Shown here: in pieces, positions 10,786 to 20,185 of the stretch | How positions within the stretch are numbered: the first letter of the stretch is position 1 | How the letters are laid out: each line of letters begins with the position of its first letter | DNA from: an uncultured Candidatus Peribacteria bacterium | Lineage (GTDB): Bacteria; Patescibacteriota; Gracilibacteria; Absconditabacterales; Absconditicoccaceae | NCBI GenBank assembly: GCA_964547365.1 | Contig: CAZJMP010000001.1 | Location: 1-60,728 of the forward strand | Direction of reading: 5' to 3' | DNA: 60,728 nucleotides | Program-made: the position numbers and the translations under genes | The notes under the pieces: generated by a model | The model's database searches: none | Seen by the model: the letters and a program-made list of their open reading frames with translations, nothing else | What the model was told of the DNA's origin: nothing

Positions 10786-11511
10786 ATGTATCTCTATAGC
10801 TTCGATCGTTTTTTTGGCTTTGATAAGGTGTGTCTCTTGGGAGATTCTGGTAAGAAAAAAATCAAAGCGGGTGATCTGTTGGTCTTTTGAAACCAATATT
10901 TTCTCGCGTTGGGTGACAAGATATCATTTCCTGAACAGTATGGACACTTGGAATCTGTAAAAGCCGAATTTATGTACAAACAATTTTTAACACAATCTAC
11001 GCTGGATCTTCTTCATCGGATGGTGGAGACGTACTATACGACCTACAAATCTGTGATCAGACTTTTCGTCACGAATGAGATAGAGAAACTTCTTGAGCGT
11101 GAAGGAAAACTTAAAGCTCAAAGTTCAAAGCTCAAAGTTGTTGTGCAATCTTCAAGTTTTTCTTTGGCTGTTGAAGGGCAGACATTGATTGTCTTTCCTG
11201 ATTTATGGACGATGTTTAATTCTACTACAGAAGACTTTCGTGAAAGTGACGGAGTAGCGTTTTTGTCGGCGATGCATACCGAGAAACAGAAAGATATACA
11301 TCGATGGGAGATCAAAAAGTGAATGAAATCAGTCATATTATGTACGTATGCCGAGATATTTCAGGATTATCATAATTTAAAAAAAATCATATTCATCGAT
11401 CCGCATAAGCGATATTACGCCAATCAGCAGGACCCGAGATATAAGGTGGGGGATGTGCTGGAGGAGATGAAAAAACTGTATGGAGCTGAATTAGAAATTG
11501 TCTGAGTATAA
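10786..11511 (+). CDS. Truncated PriA-like protein lacking helicase catalytic motifs (241 aa)
   Basis: Collinear with the PriA N-terminus through motif II: TLDLLHRMVETYY, QTLIVFPDL, SVILCTYAEIF..LKKIIFIDPHKRYYANQQDPRYKVGDV. No GxGKT is present and DEEH is replaced by IDPH. Track ORFs 10909..11322 and 11323..11505 are in frame. Confidence 0.6.
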
Positions 11512-11550
11512 AAAAATCCAGGATATACCTGGAATTCTGTAAATTTTTTT
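11512..11550. terminator. Bidirectional terminator
   Basis: tccaggatatacctgga hairpin (11517-11533) flanked by an A-run and a T-run. Confidence 0.6.
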
Positions 11551-11551
11551 G

Positions 11552-11866
11552 CTAGTGTTGTTTTGCTTTTACGATTTGGAATCCTTTCCTGATTTTGAAC
11601 TCGAATGGACAAGGTATTGTCTTGGTCCTTTTCGAAATCATATAATCCAAGAAGCTTTTTAGGATTTCAGCGGCCATACAATTCATATCATCATTGATGG
11701 CTGACCATATTGCCTTTTCGAAGAAGTTTAATTCGCCGATAATCTCATCTTTTTCTTGAAGAGGTGTTGGCGAGTCAATAAAAGGAACAGTCCCTTCGAT
11801 GAATTTTCTTAGAAATTCGTATGATAAAAGGGAAATCCCTAATTCATTACATTGTTTTGCGTCCAT
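11552..11866 (-). CDS. Hypothetical protein (104 aa)
   Basis: Intact ORF ending in TAG, with its own terminator. Confidence 0.5.
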   Translation of the reverse strand: MDAKQCNELGISLLSYEFLRKFIEGTVPFIDSPTPLQEKDEIIGELNFFEKAIWSAINDDMNCMAAEILKSFLDYMISKRTKTIPCPFEFKIRKGFQIVKAKQH

Positions 11867-11981
11867 ATTTTTTTGTTTTATTCTATGAATAGAATATATA
11901 TATTTTTATATTAATGTCAAGTAAATGTTTTTTCGTGGTTGGATGCACTGTGTGTTTTTGTTATCAAAAATTTCTGAGTAT

Positions 11982-12015
11982 AAAAAAACACCTCTCTGGA
12001 AAGCCAGAAGAGGCG
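11982..12015 (-). terminator. Intrinsic terminator of the 12053..12352 gene
   Basis: cctctctgg-aaag-ccagaagagg hairpin plus a T-run on the minus strand. Confidence 0.6.
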
Positions 12016-12052
12016 TGCTCGTTACGATTCTGAGCCAGGGAATCTCACGAGA

Positions 12053-12352
12053 TTAACAATGAATAAGTCCTAATTCTTTGATTGCTTCATCAGCGTCTAC
12101 TCCTTTGTGATAGAGTTCTCCTAGATATCCAACCTTTTTGTCGAATGCACATATTTTTATCACACATGCAATTAGAATATATCCACATATCATTATGATA
12201 TACATGAGGCTGAATAATGGCTTCCATTCAAAGTAGAATGACGCATAGAATGCTATCGCTGCGAACAGAGCAGGCATTATTATTAATAACAGATCCTTCA
12301 CCAAAGAACTTATCAATAAGTTCTTAACTTCAACAAATTCAAAATTTCTCAT
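12053..12352 (-). CDS. Small membrane protein (99 aa, 2 TM)
   Basis: Intact ORF ending in TAA, with two hydrophobic helices. Confidence 0.5.
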   Translation of the reverse strand: MRNFEFVEVKNLLISSLVKDLLLIIMPALFAAIAFYASFYFEWKPLFSLMYIIMICGYILIACVIKICAFDKKVGYLGELYHKGVDADEAIKELGLIHC

Positions 12353-12463
12353 GGTATTAACAGTTTAGGTACTCTTCTTATATTTATTTTATTTTTAATG
12401 TCAACTATATTTTCTTTTTTTTCTAAATTAGAAAGGGTATAGTGTGTCTTTCTTTTTGTGGAT

Positions 12464-12492
12464 TTGGTAAATTTGCTGTTTCTGAATATACT
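12464..12492 (+). promoter_or_regulatory. Promoter of the pilus-like operon (shares about 60 nt of similarity with the promoter at 25194)
   Basis: ttggta, 17-nt spacer, tatact, followed by tagatgtactttatttattacct. Confidence 0.5.
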
Positions 12493-12521
12493 TAGATGTA
12501 CTTTATTTATTACCTATTGTT

Positions 12522-13094
12522 ATGAGTGCATGAAGATTCCATTCTAGACGAAAAGTATATTTCCAAGGGTTGTTGGTGATATTCGGCTTATCGTTGATTA
12601 CATTCGGCTATTTCAAGGTCGATATGTTTTTGATGAATCAGAAGATAACCGATAAGCGCGTGGTGCTTGAAGATCAGACCAAACAGCTTGATTCGTATAA
12701 ACTGCTCACGGGATATAATAAATTACAGGCAGTTAAGATCTTGGAAGAAAAACAAATCACTATGCCGCGATCTGATTACATCACCAAAGTCATCCAAATG
12801 CTTGAAGATATGAAACAGGTCGATACCAGTTCCACGGATAGCATCATCCTTTCTGACTTCAATGTCAGCTTGGATAAGATTACGCTCAAAGGGCAGGTTT
12901 CCAATCTTTTGCTCTTGTATTATTCCAATGCCAATAAGGGGATTGTTTCCCTCATAGATAGGTTTTCAAGTTTGGATTTCGTCAAGAATATCCGTATCCA
13001 GACCTATGATAGAGTGAGCGAAAGCAATTTCTATGAATTCGTTTTAGAAGCTAATGTCATCAATGATGCAGGAACAGGAAACACAGCAGAATAG
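12522..13094 (+). CDS. PilN-like pilus/T2SS assembly protein
   Basis: Short cytoplasmic N-terminus, one TM helix (LLVIFGLSLITFGYF), coiled coil, C-terminal ITLKGQV..NLL..DF fold pattern typical of PilN. Sits in pilus gene context. Confidence 0.5.
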
Positions 13095-13860
13095 TCAAAT
13101 CATCGATCGTTTGCTCGGTGAACAACAGCAGAAAAAATCCGTTGAAATCGATTCGCTCGCGGAAGATTCTCAGGTATTGATCACGACGTCGAGAGTCGTC
13201 AGTATCAGATATAGGATTTATTTCGTCGTATTGTTGCTTGTCCTTGTGATTTTCGGCAATAATATTTTGTTGCCTGCGCGAGACGATTATCAATCGACCA
13301 AGATCGAGGTGAGCGATATTAATATGCAGATCACGAGTTTCGAAACAAAAAAACTTCAAGCTGATGCAGACAAAGCGTTGATCCAAAAGGTGGAGAATCA
13401 GCAAGATACGATCATCTCTTGTCTCAATACGAGGACCAATTGCAGCTCTATAGATGCATCGTTGAGGAATAACTTCTCGTTCGCGAGATCATATATCCAA
13501 CTCAATAATCTGACTGATCCGAAAATGTCCGTCAACGAGAAAGTGCTGCTTGCCAATATCAATGAGTATCTTTTGAGGGATCCTGCGACGAAAACTAAAA
13601 ACGGTGTTATCAACAAGATCGCTATAGGAGAACCTAAACAATTCTTCTGAAACCTCTACTACGTTCCGCTCAAGCTCAATATCACTTTCGATACCAAGGA
13701 TGTTCTGCTTTCTTTCATCGACAATGTGGAAAAAAGAGTCCTTGCTGATGAACATTATCGTGTCCTCTACAAGATCGACAAAGTGAATTACGATATCGCT
13801 AATTACGCTGAACAACAACAAGTTGACGTAGATTTGAATGCATATTATTATACCGACTAA
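13054..13860 (+). CDS. PilO-like membrane protein (268 aa)
   Basis: Track ORF 13054..13650 extends through TGA to TAA at 13858. One TM helix then a coiled coil. The call rests mainly on its position between pilN-like and pilC. Confidence 0.35.
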
Positions 13861-13911
13861 ATTTAGAATTTAGCAATATAAAAAATTTAGAATTTAAAAT
13901 TTAGCATATAT
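13861..13911. repeat. Heptamer repeat spacer (ATTTAGA family)
   Basis: atttaga atttagc aatataa aaaattt agaattt aaaattt agc. Confidence 0.7.
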
Positions 13912-15048
13912 ATGACAGAAACAGAAGAACAGAAAACACAAGAGTATAAACCGGGTCCGATCGATGGTATGATCGTATCTACATTGCAATCCATGGACAG
14001 AGGAAGTTTTTGAACCAAGGATAAGATTCTCTTTTTCAAGGAATTGGCATATCTCTTGAACGGAGGAGTCTCTTTAGTAGATAGTATGAATATCATCGGT
14101 GAAAGTTCAGATAACTATGCACTCAAAGAAATCTCCAGAAATATCTTGGCATTTTTGCGCAAAGGTAAAAGCTTTTCATATGCGCTCAATAGACTGCCTG
14201 ATTATTTCGATCAGGGCGATTACACCATCGTCAAGGCAGGAGAGATGTCCGGTAATCTGCCTATGATCCTGCAATCATTATCCAATGAATATGTGTATAT
14301 CAAAGAGATGAAAAATAAATATATTTGAGCATTGATGTATCCTATGATTCTTGTCGTCATTTCTATCGTAGCGGTATTCGCCTTGTTCTTGTTGGTTTTG
14401 CCTGGTATTTTCTCTATAGCGACAAGTTTCCAGAATCTCGAATTGCCATGGATTACCAGAGCTTTACATGATACTTCGGTCTTTTTCCAAACACAACGGA
14501 AACTCATGCTTGGAATTATCGCTGGATTATGACTTGTCGGTGGCGTATTCTTCTCTACTGATCTCGGAAAGAAAACTCGGTTCAGTATCTTGCTCTGAAT
14601 CCCGTTGATTGGTAAGATGACAAAATATTTCTATCTCGTAAAATTCTGCAGATATACCAAACTGATGATGGCTGCCGGCATGAATTATCTCCAGACTTTT
14701 AGTTTGCTTAGGGATATCCTCGGCATCTCTGCGTATCAGAATATGATCGAACGTGTCGTCACGGGATTGAACAAATGAGAAACCATCTATTCTACTTTAC
14801 AATATGAAACAGATCTGATTCCTTCCGATGTAGCTGTGATGATCAAGGTCGGCGAGGAAACGGCGAATCTTTCCAACTCTTTGGATAATGTCCTCAAGAT
14901 GTATGAGGAGGATCTCAATGTCCTGATCGGTCGTTCGTCCAAAATCATTGAGCCAGTTATGTTGGTCGGTGTCTGAGGCGTGATTCTTGTCATCGCATTA
15001 GGAATCTTTGGATTGATTTTGCAGATCATGGAAGGTGCAGGATTATAA
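13912..15048 (+). CDS. pilC: Type IV pilus/T2SS platform protein (GspF/PilC family)
   Basis: Two GspF repeats: FFKELAYLLNGGVSL.DSM, GD.TIVKAGEMSGNL, IEPVMLVG[V]GGVILVIAL. Track ORFs 14044.. and 14332.. are in frame. Confidence 0.9.
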
Positions 15049-15051
15049 AAT

Positions 15052-15170
15052 GAATTCAGAATGCAGAATTCAAAATTTAGAATGTAGAATTCAGAATTTA
15101 GAATGTAGAATTTAGAATGTAGAATGTAGAATTCAGAATTTAGAATTTAGAATGTAAAATTCAGAAATAG
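15052..15170. repeat. 17-unit tandem heptamer array GAAT[T/G][T/C]A
   Basis: gaattca gaatgca gaattca aaattta gaatgta gaattca gaattta gaatgta gaattta gaatgta gaatgta gaattca gaattta gaattta gaatgta aaattca gaaatag. Begins 3 nt after the pilC stop. Confidence 0.95.
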
Positions 15171-15171
15171 A

Positions 15172-15198
15172 AAAACTGTCGGTGAAGACAGTTTTTTC
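15172..15198 (+). terminator. Intrinsic terminator after pilC and the repeat array
   Basis: actgtc-ggtgaa-gacagt hairpin plus a T-run. Confidence 0.7.
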
Positions 15199-15255
15199 GT
15201 TGAAAGCGAAAGTATAATGATTACATATGCATAGTGATTTATATTCGTTTATACT

Positions 15256-15750
15256 ATGAGAAAAGCATTTACGCTTATAGAGATAGTCATCGTATTGTTG
15301 GTGATCGGCATATTGATGGGAGCGACCATGAGGTTCTGATCCAATCGTATCACGGATCTCAAGGCACAGACGATCAAAGAGCAATTCGTCGGGCGATATA
15401 ACGATCTCTATAGTCAGAATATGACCTCGAGTTTCCACAATGGACAGAAATATGAAAAGATGACCGTCGTTCTTGGACAGCCATTCTTTTATCTTTTGGA
15501 TGCGGCATCATTCACTGACTCGATTATCACGTGATATCAGCTGACCAAGTTCCGTTTCCAGCCTGAAGGAACAACTTTTACCACCGCCAATCTTGTGTTT
15601 GCTCCGTATAAGCTCTGATGCAATATCTTAGATAACGACAATCCATGAGATCGTCTTTATTTCGATTTTATCGTTCCTGAGAACGGCAAAAAATATTGTT
15701 TTGAAATTCCTTCAGAAACCTGTAAATTAATCGAAAATCGTTGTGATTAA
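15256..15750 (+). CDS. Prepilin-type (pseudo)pilin 1
   Basis: N-terminal MRKAFTLIEIVIVLLVIGIL, the prepilin cleavage/methylation motif. Confidence 0.8.
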
Positions 15751-15778
15751 TTGAAAAATTTAGTTTATGAATCCATAT

Positions 15779-16420
15779 ATGAAAAAGAAATCTGCATTTA
15801 CGTTTATAGAAGTGATCATTGCGATCTCTGTTTTTGCTGTAGGCGTGCTTGCGGTTTTGCGTCTCATCACCCAGAATCTTGTGACTTTGGATATCACGGA
15901 AGCGCGTACGACCTCCACATTCCTCGCAAAGGAATGAATAGAGCTTGTCTACAATATGAGAGATTCCAATATCCAAAAATCTTTGCCGCGGGATTGTGTC
16001 ATGTATACTGAACTTGAAACGTGAGATTGGAATGAAATAGATCCTGAACATATTTGCATGCGGTATTTTGCTTCATGAACCGAAGATAAGCAAATGCTGC
16101 AAATCTCTTTTGCACCTGAAGGATATAGCTATACCCATATTGTCGAACAATGAACATGATTCGAATCATTACGGAACGATAATAGGTTGTATTATACCAC
16201 CTGATCGATTGCAAATAAGGATTTGTTCCGATATTCCAATCTTCCTGTAGAAGGGCAGGAACCTACGACATTTGCTAGATATATTGTCTTTGATGTCGTT
16301 CGTGAATGAGACAAGATATTGCCGCCAAATAAAATCCTCAAAATAGAATCCCATGTTGCATACATGAAGGGAACAAAAACCGGTGAAATAGTCCTGGAAA
16401 GTTTTATTTGAAAATATTAG
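15779..16420 (+). CDS. Prepilin-type (pseudo)pilin 2
   Basis: MKKKSAFTFIEVIIAISVFAVGVLA. Many TGA=Gly codons. Ends in TAG. Confidence 0.75.
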
Positions 16421-16423
16421 TGC

Positions 16424-17053
16424 ATGAAAAGGAAGTGAATGACTTTGCTTGAACTCGTAATCGTGATGGCTATTCTCGGTATCCTTTTTGTATTGCTGTT
16501 GAGGACGTACAATCGGATTTCTACCATGGTGTTTCGTGTTCAACAAGAAAAGGAAGTCGCTCAGGAAATATTGCAGATATCTCAGACGGTCCAAAATCTC
16601 GCTGATAGAAATGCTATCGATTACACCAAATATTCAGGAGTAGGAAATACGTGAGAAGAAATGAGTTTAGTTTCTACTGACGGAATCACTTCTGTTCTCT
16701 ATCTCAGCGGATTGGATGGCCAAGTGACATTGTACACCACAGGCGATTGTCTTAGTCCTAGTATAGAATATGCGTTTACCGGTGCTTGATCATGATGCTC
16801 GTTGTTTGTTGATGTCTGAGGCAAAACCAGAGAACTCATCAATTCCAAGAAAGTGCTCATCAGCGAAGTCGTTTTCAAGATCATCCCTTACGCTTCTGAA
16901 CAGCAATATATAGATACAGACAATCTTTGTGCAGGAAATTATCTCCAGTGTCTCAATAGCCCATGATTCCGGATGATATTCACTGCGTATAGCGTCAATT
17001 ATTGAACTCAGCGAGCCACTCATGTGCGTGTGCCGTTCCAACAATTTTTTTAA
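16424..17053 (+). CDS. Prepilin-type (pseudo)pilin 3
   Basis: MKRK[G]MTLLELVIVMAILGIL. In frame with track ORF 16439..16654. Confidence 0.75.
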
Positions 17054-17100
17054 TGAGTTCAGAGTTTAGAATTCAGCGTGCAGAATTTAGAATCTAATAT
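17054..17100. repeat. Heptamer repeat spacer
   Basis: gttcaga gtttaga attcagc gtgcaga atttaga atctaat. Confidence 0.7.
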
Positions 17101-17107
17101 ATCTTTT

Positions 17108-18028
17108 ATGGAGAAGAAGTGAAATATCAGCATATTAGTGATCTTTGTTTTACTAGCGTCGTCGTTGCTAGGGGTTTTGTCGATGAATTTCGTGCAGCAG
17201 ATGATGAGACAATCAGCAGTCGTACATTCGTATTATAGTTCTTATTATTTGGCGAAAGCCGGCGTAGAGCTTGGATTGGCGCAGATCGTCAATCGCGGTG
17301 TGGGCTTTGAACGTGTGGTCGGTAGCGGTGATGCTGTCATGTCCGGCAATTTCCTTTGCGGAGATCGTTGTGCTTTGTCGGTATCTATTTCTGGGACATC
17401 AACGATGCTCTCCAAAGCATTCCGGCAGGGCAGCGGATGCACCTCTCCGTATGTTTTGAGCGGTGGTGATTCTGTCATCATCCCATTGTTTAGGGATGTG
17501 ACTCCATGAACGGTAGCGGATATGTTTGCATCTTGAGTTGTCTATGAAAATCTTGCTCAGATCTTCAAGAATGATTGGATATCTTTCGATACGGAATTCG
17601 GCGGTGACGTCAATTTCGGTATCCTTATCTTGTCCGGCGATGATCTTTCGGAGAACGGCATCTTTTTTCAGAAATGAAATTTAAAATCCTGACTTACCGC
17701 ATTTAGGGAGGCTTTTGAACAATATCTATGAACCATAGATTCCGGTTTGTATCCTTTGGATGCTCAACTAAAAAACAATTATGATAAATCTCGATTGGTA
17801 GATAATGGATACAAGATGTATCTTCTTATTTCCAATACTAGTTCTGCGGAAGAACAATTTTGTGCTTCTGTCGTCCAGCCACAACAAGCTCCTACGGTAT
17901 ATGTGTTGCCTACCGATAGTTTCTTTGTCAGTAGCCAAGCATCTTATGGCAATCAATATGTAGCGCTTGATGCTTCATATGCACAACCTATTCCTGGTTT
18001 CTTGTTTAGTACATATTCTTCTTTCTAG
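17108..18028 (+). CDS. PilX/GspK-like minor pilin (306 aa)
   Basis: N-terminal hydrophobic anchor ISILVIFVLLASSLLGVLSM.F..Q. Track ORFs 17138.. and 17747.. are in frame. Last gene of the pilin block. Confidence 0.55.
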
Positions 18029-18120
18029 TTCGTTTTCTTGTATTGACTTTTCTTACTAAATAGATATTTTTTTTGTTTCACGAAAATAAAATCACTAAAT
18101 ATAAACCAAAACCAAACATT

Positions 18121-19482
18121 ATGGAGTTAAATTCGTTAACCGCTGTTTCTCCTGTTGACGGGAGATATCGCAAAAACACCCAACAACTTGATGAATATTT
18201 TTCAGAATTTGCACTTATCAGGTATCGGTTCAAAATCGAAGTGGAATATTTCATTGCGTTGACGGAAATTATTCCTCAGCTTAGTCATTTCAAAGATCAT
18301 ATCTTACTTCGCGAACTTCGTTCGAAAGTAGAAAATTTTGAAATGGCTGATGCGAAACGTGTCAAGGAAATCGAAAACATCACTAATCATGATGTCAAAG
18401 CTGTAGAGATATTCTTGCGTGAAATTATGGCTGATTATCCCAAAGAACGTGAGTTTATTCATTTCGGACTCACTTCGTTCGATGTGGATGGCATGGCCAG
18501 ACCGCTTATGCTCAAAGAAGCTCATGAAAAAATACTCATGCCTTCTTTGTCAGCTGTAGTGCATGAAATCGATCGGTATGCGGACGATACTATGGATGTT
18601 CCTATGATGGCATTCACTCACGGGCAACCTGCTTCTCCCACGTATCTGGGTAAAGAATTGTTGGTGTTTAGATGCCGTTTGGATGATGAGATTGAATATC
18701 TGAAACAGGTACGCCATTCTGCCAAATTCGGCGGTGCTACTGGAAATTTCAATGCACATCATGTTGCATATCCTGATATCGATTGGGAAGAATTCGCTAC
18801 CAAATTCATCGAAAACCTCGGCATGAAACGCAATCGTCTTACGACGCAGATCGAACCGTATGATCATTTCGCTGCATATTGCCATGCATTGTTTCGCATC
18901 AATACCACGTTGATTGATTTTTGCCGGGATGTGTGGGAATACATCAAGATGGAATATTTCATCCAACAGCCGAAATCGGGAGAAGTAGGATCATCCGCGA
19001 TGCCTCACAAAATCAATCCCATCGATTTTGAAAATGCAGAAGGCAATTTAGGATTCGCTAATGCGATGTTCGATCATTTCGCTGCGAAACTTCCTATCTC
19101 TCGTCTTCAGCGTGACCTCAGTGATTCTACAGTCATCCGTAATGCTGGCATGCCACTCGCTCATATCCTTATTGCTCATCAAGCGATTATCAAAGGTATG
19201 AAAAAATTACGTGTCGATGGCAAACCTAATGTAAATTTTGCTGTGATTGCTGCTGATCTTGAGAAAAATTGGGCAGTTGTCGCTGAAGCAATTCAAACTA
19301 TCCTTCGTCGAGAGGGATATCCGAGTTCGTATGATACCCTTAAGGAACTCACTCGTACCGGAAAAAAAATCACCAAAGAGACTATCCATGCTTTCATCGA
19401 CACTTTGGATGTAAGTATGAAGGTCAAACTTGAACTTAAGGAAATATCTCCTTCTAATTATACAGGAGTTCGTCCTTACTAA
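18121..19482 (+). CDS. purB: Adenylosuccinate lyase
   Basis: MELNSLTAVSPVDGRY (near-identical to the enterobacterial PurB N-terminus), TNHDVKAVE, THGQPASPT, SSAMPHKINPIDFEN. Contains no TGA codon in 453 codons. Confidence 0.95.
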   Translation: MELNSLTAVSPVDGRYRKNTQQLDEYFSEFALIRYRFKIEVEYFIALTEIIPQLSHFKDHILLRELRSKVENFEMADAKRVKEIENITNHDVKAVEIFLREIMADYPKEREFIHFGLTSFDVDGMARPLMLKEAHEKILMPSLSAVVHEIDRYADDTMDVPMMAFTHGQPASPTYLGKELLVFRCRLDDEIEYLKQVRHSAKFGGATGNFNAHHVAYPDIDWEEFATKFIENLGMKRNRLTTQIEPYDHFAAYCHALFRINTTLIDFCRDVWEYIKMEYFIQQPKSGEVGSSAMPHKINPIDFENAEGNLGFANAMFDHFAAKLPISRLQRDLSDSTVIRNAGMPLAHILIAHQAIIKGMKKLRVDGKPNVNFAVIAADLEKNWAVVAEAIQTILRREGYPSSYDTLKELTRTGKKITKETIHAFIDTLDVSMKVKLELKEISPSNYTGVRPY

Positions 19483-19487
19483 TACAT

Positions 19488-19517
19488 CCGGCTGGTCTTT
19501 CCAGCCGGGTTTTTTTT
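19488..19517 (+). terminator. Intrinsic terminator of purB
   Basis: ccggctgg-tcttt-ccagccgg hairpin plus a T-run. Confidence 0.8.
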
Positions 19518-19519
19518 AT

Positions 19520-19546
19520 AAAAAAACCCTTCGCTGTAGCGAAGAG
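19520..19546 (-). terminator. Intrinsic terminator of the 19570..20133 gene
   Basis: cttcgc-tgta-gcgaag hairpin plus a T-run on the minus strand. Confidence 0.65.
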
Positions 19547-19569
19547 CTTTCCCCCGTTGTATATATGTC

Positions 19570-20133
19570 CTAGAGTTTTCCCATAAGGTCATCAAGCTTT
19601 CCTGCTTGTTCTTCTTTTGCCTTGCCAGCAAGTTCTTCTCTGTCGATTGTTTCCATCACTGCTTGCCGTCTTTTGAGTCTCATCTCTCTTTCTTGATCGA
19701 TAGTGTTTTTTTCGTTTTCGTCTTCAGCTTTGAGTGCATGAAGATTCATCTGTTCTTCGATATAGATTTCGTATAGTCTGAGAATCTGGAATGACCGTAA
19801 TTCAGAAACGGTCTTTACTACGCTTTGATCTCCGCTTTTTACCGCTATATACAATTCTTTTTCTTTTTTCCCTTCCTCTTTTTTGAGTTCATAGTCGCTA
19901 CTGAATGATCATATGACTAGTTGCTCCAAAAGATCCCGATCAAAGTCGTTTTTTAGTTCTTCAGGGGTCTCGTACGGTAGTGGTTCGAATTTTGAAAGAT
20001 ATTCTGTATATCGAGGCTGGTTCTTGATATCTCCTGTAATTGGACCAAAAAGACTTTCGTATTTTTCAACGATCTGCTTTTTCTCTGGTTTTTCCCTGAG
20101 TTCTTCAATAAATGCCTGAAAATCAAAGAGCAT
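19570..20133 (-). CDS. Hypothetical acidic/coiled-coil protein (187 aa)
   Basis: Track ORFs 19909..20133 and 19570..19854 are in frame and joined through one TGA. Confidence 0.55.
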
Positions 20134-20185
20134 TTTTTGATGGATAAATAGTAAAAAATATTGTTTGATGTATTGTGTAGTGTAA

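Noticed and set aside
10599-10799. Track ORF of 66 aa overlapping the structured element
   Set aside because: The sequence is dominated by nested inverted repeats and has no start context. It is better explained as a structured RNA/DNA element.
15052-15170. Repeat array as a CRISPR locus
   Set aside because: The units are 7 bp, contiguous and degenerate, with no unique spacers. No cas genes are in the window.
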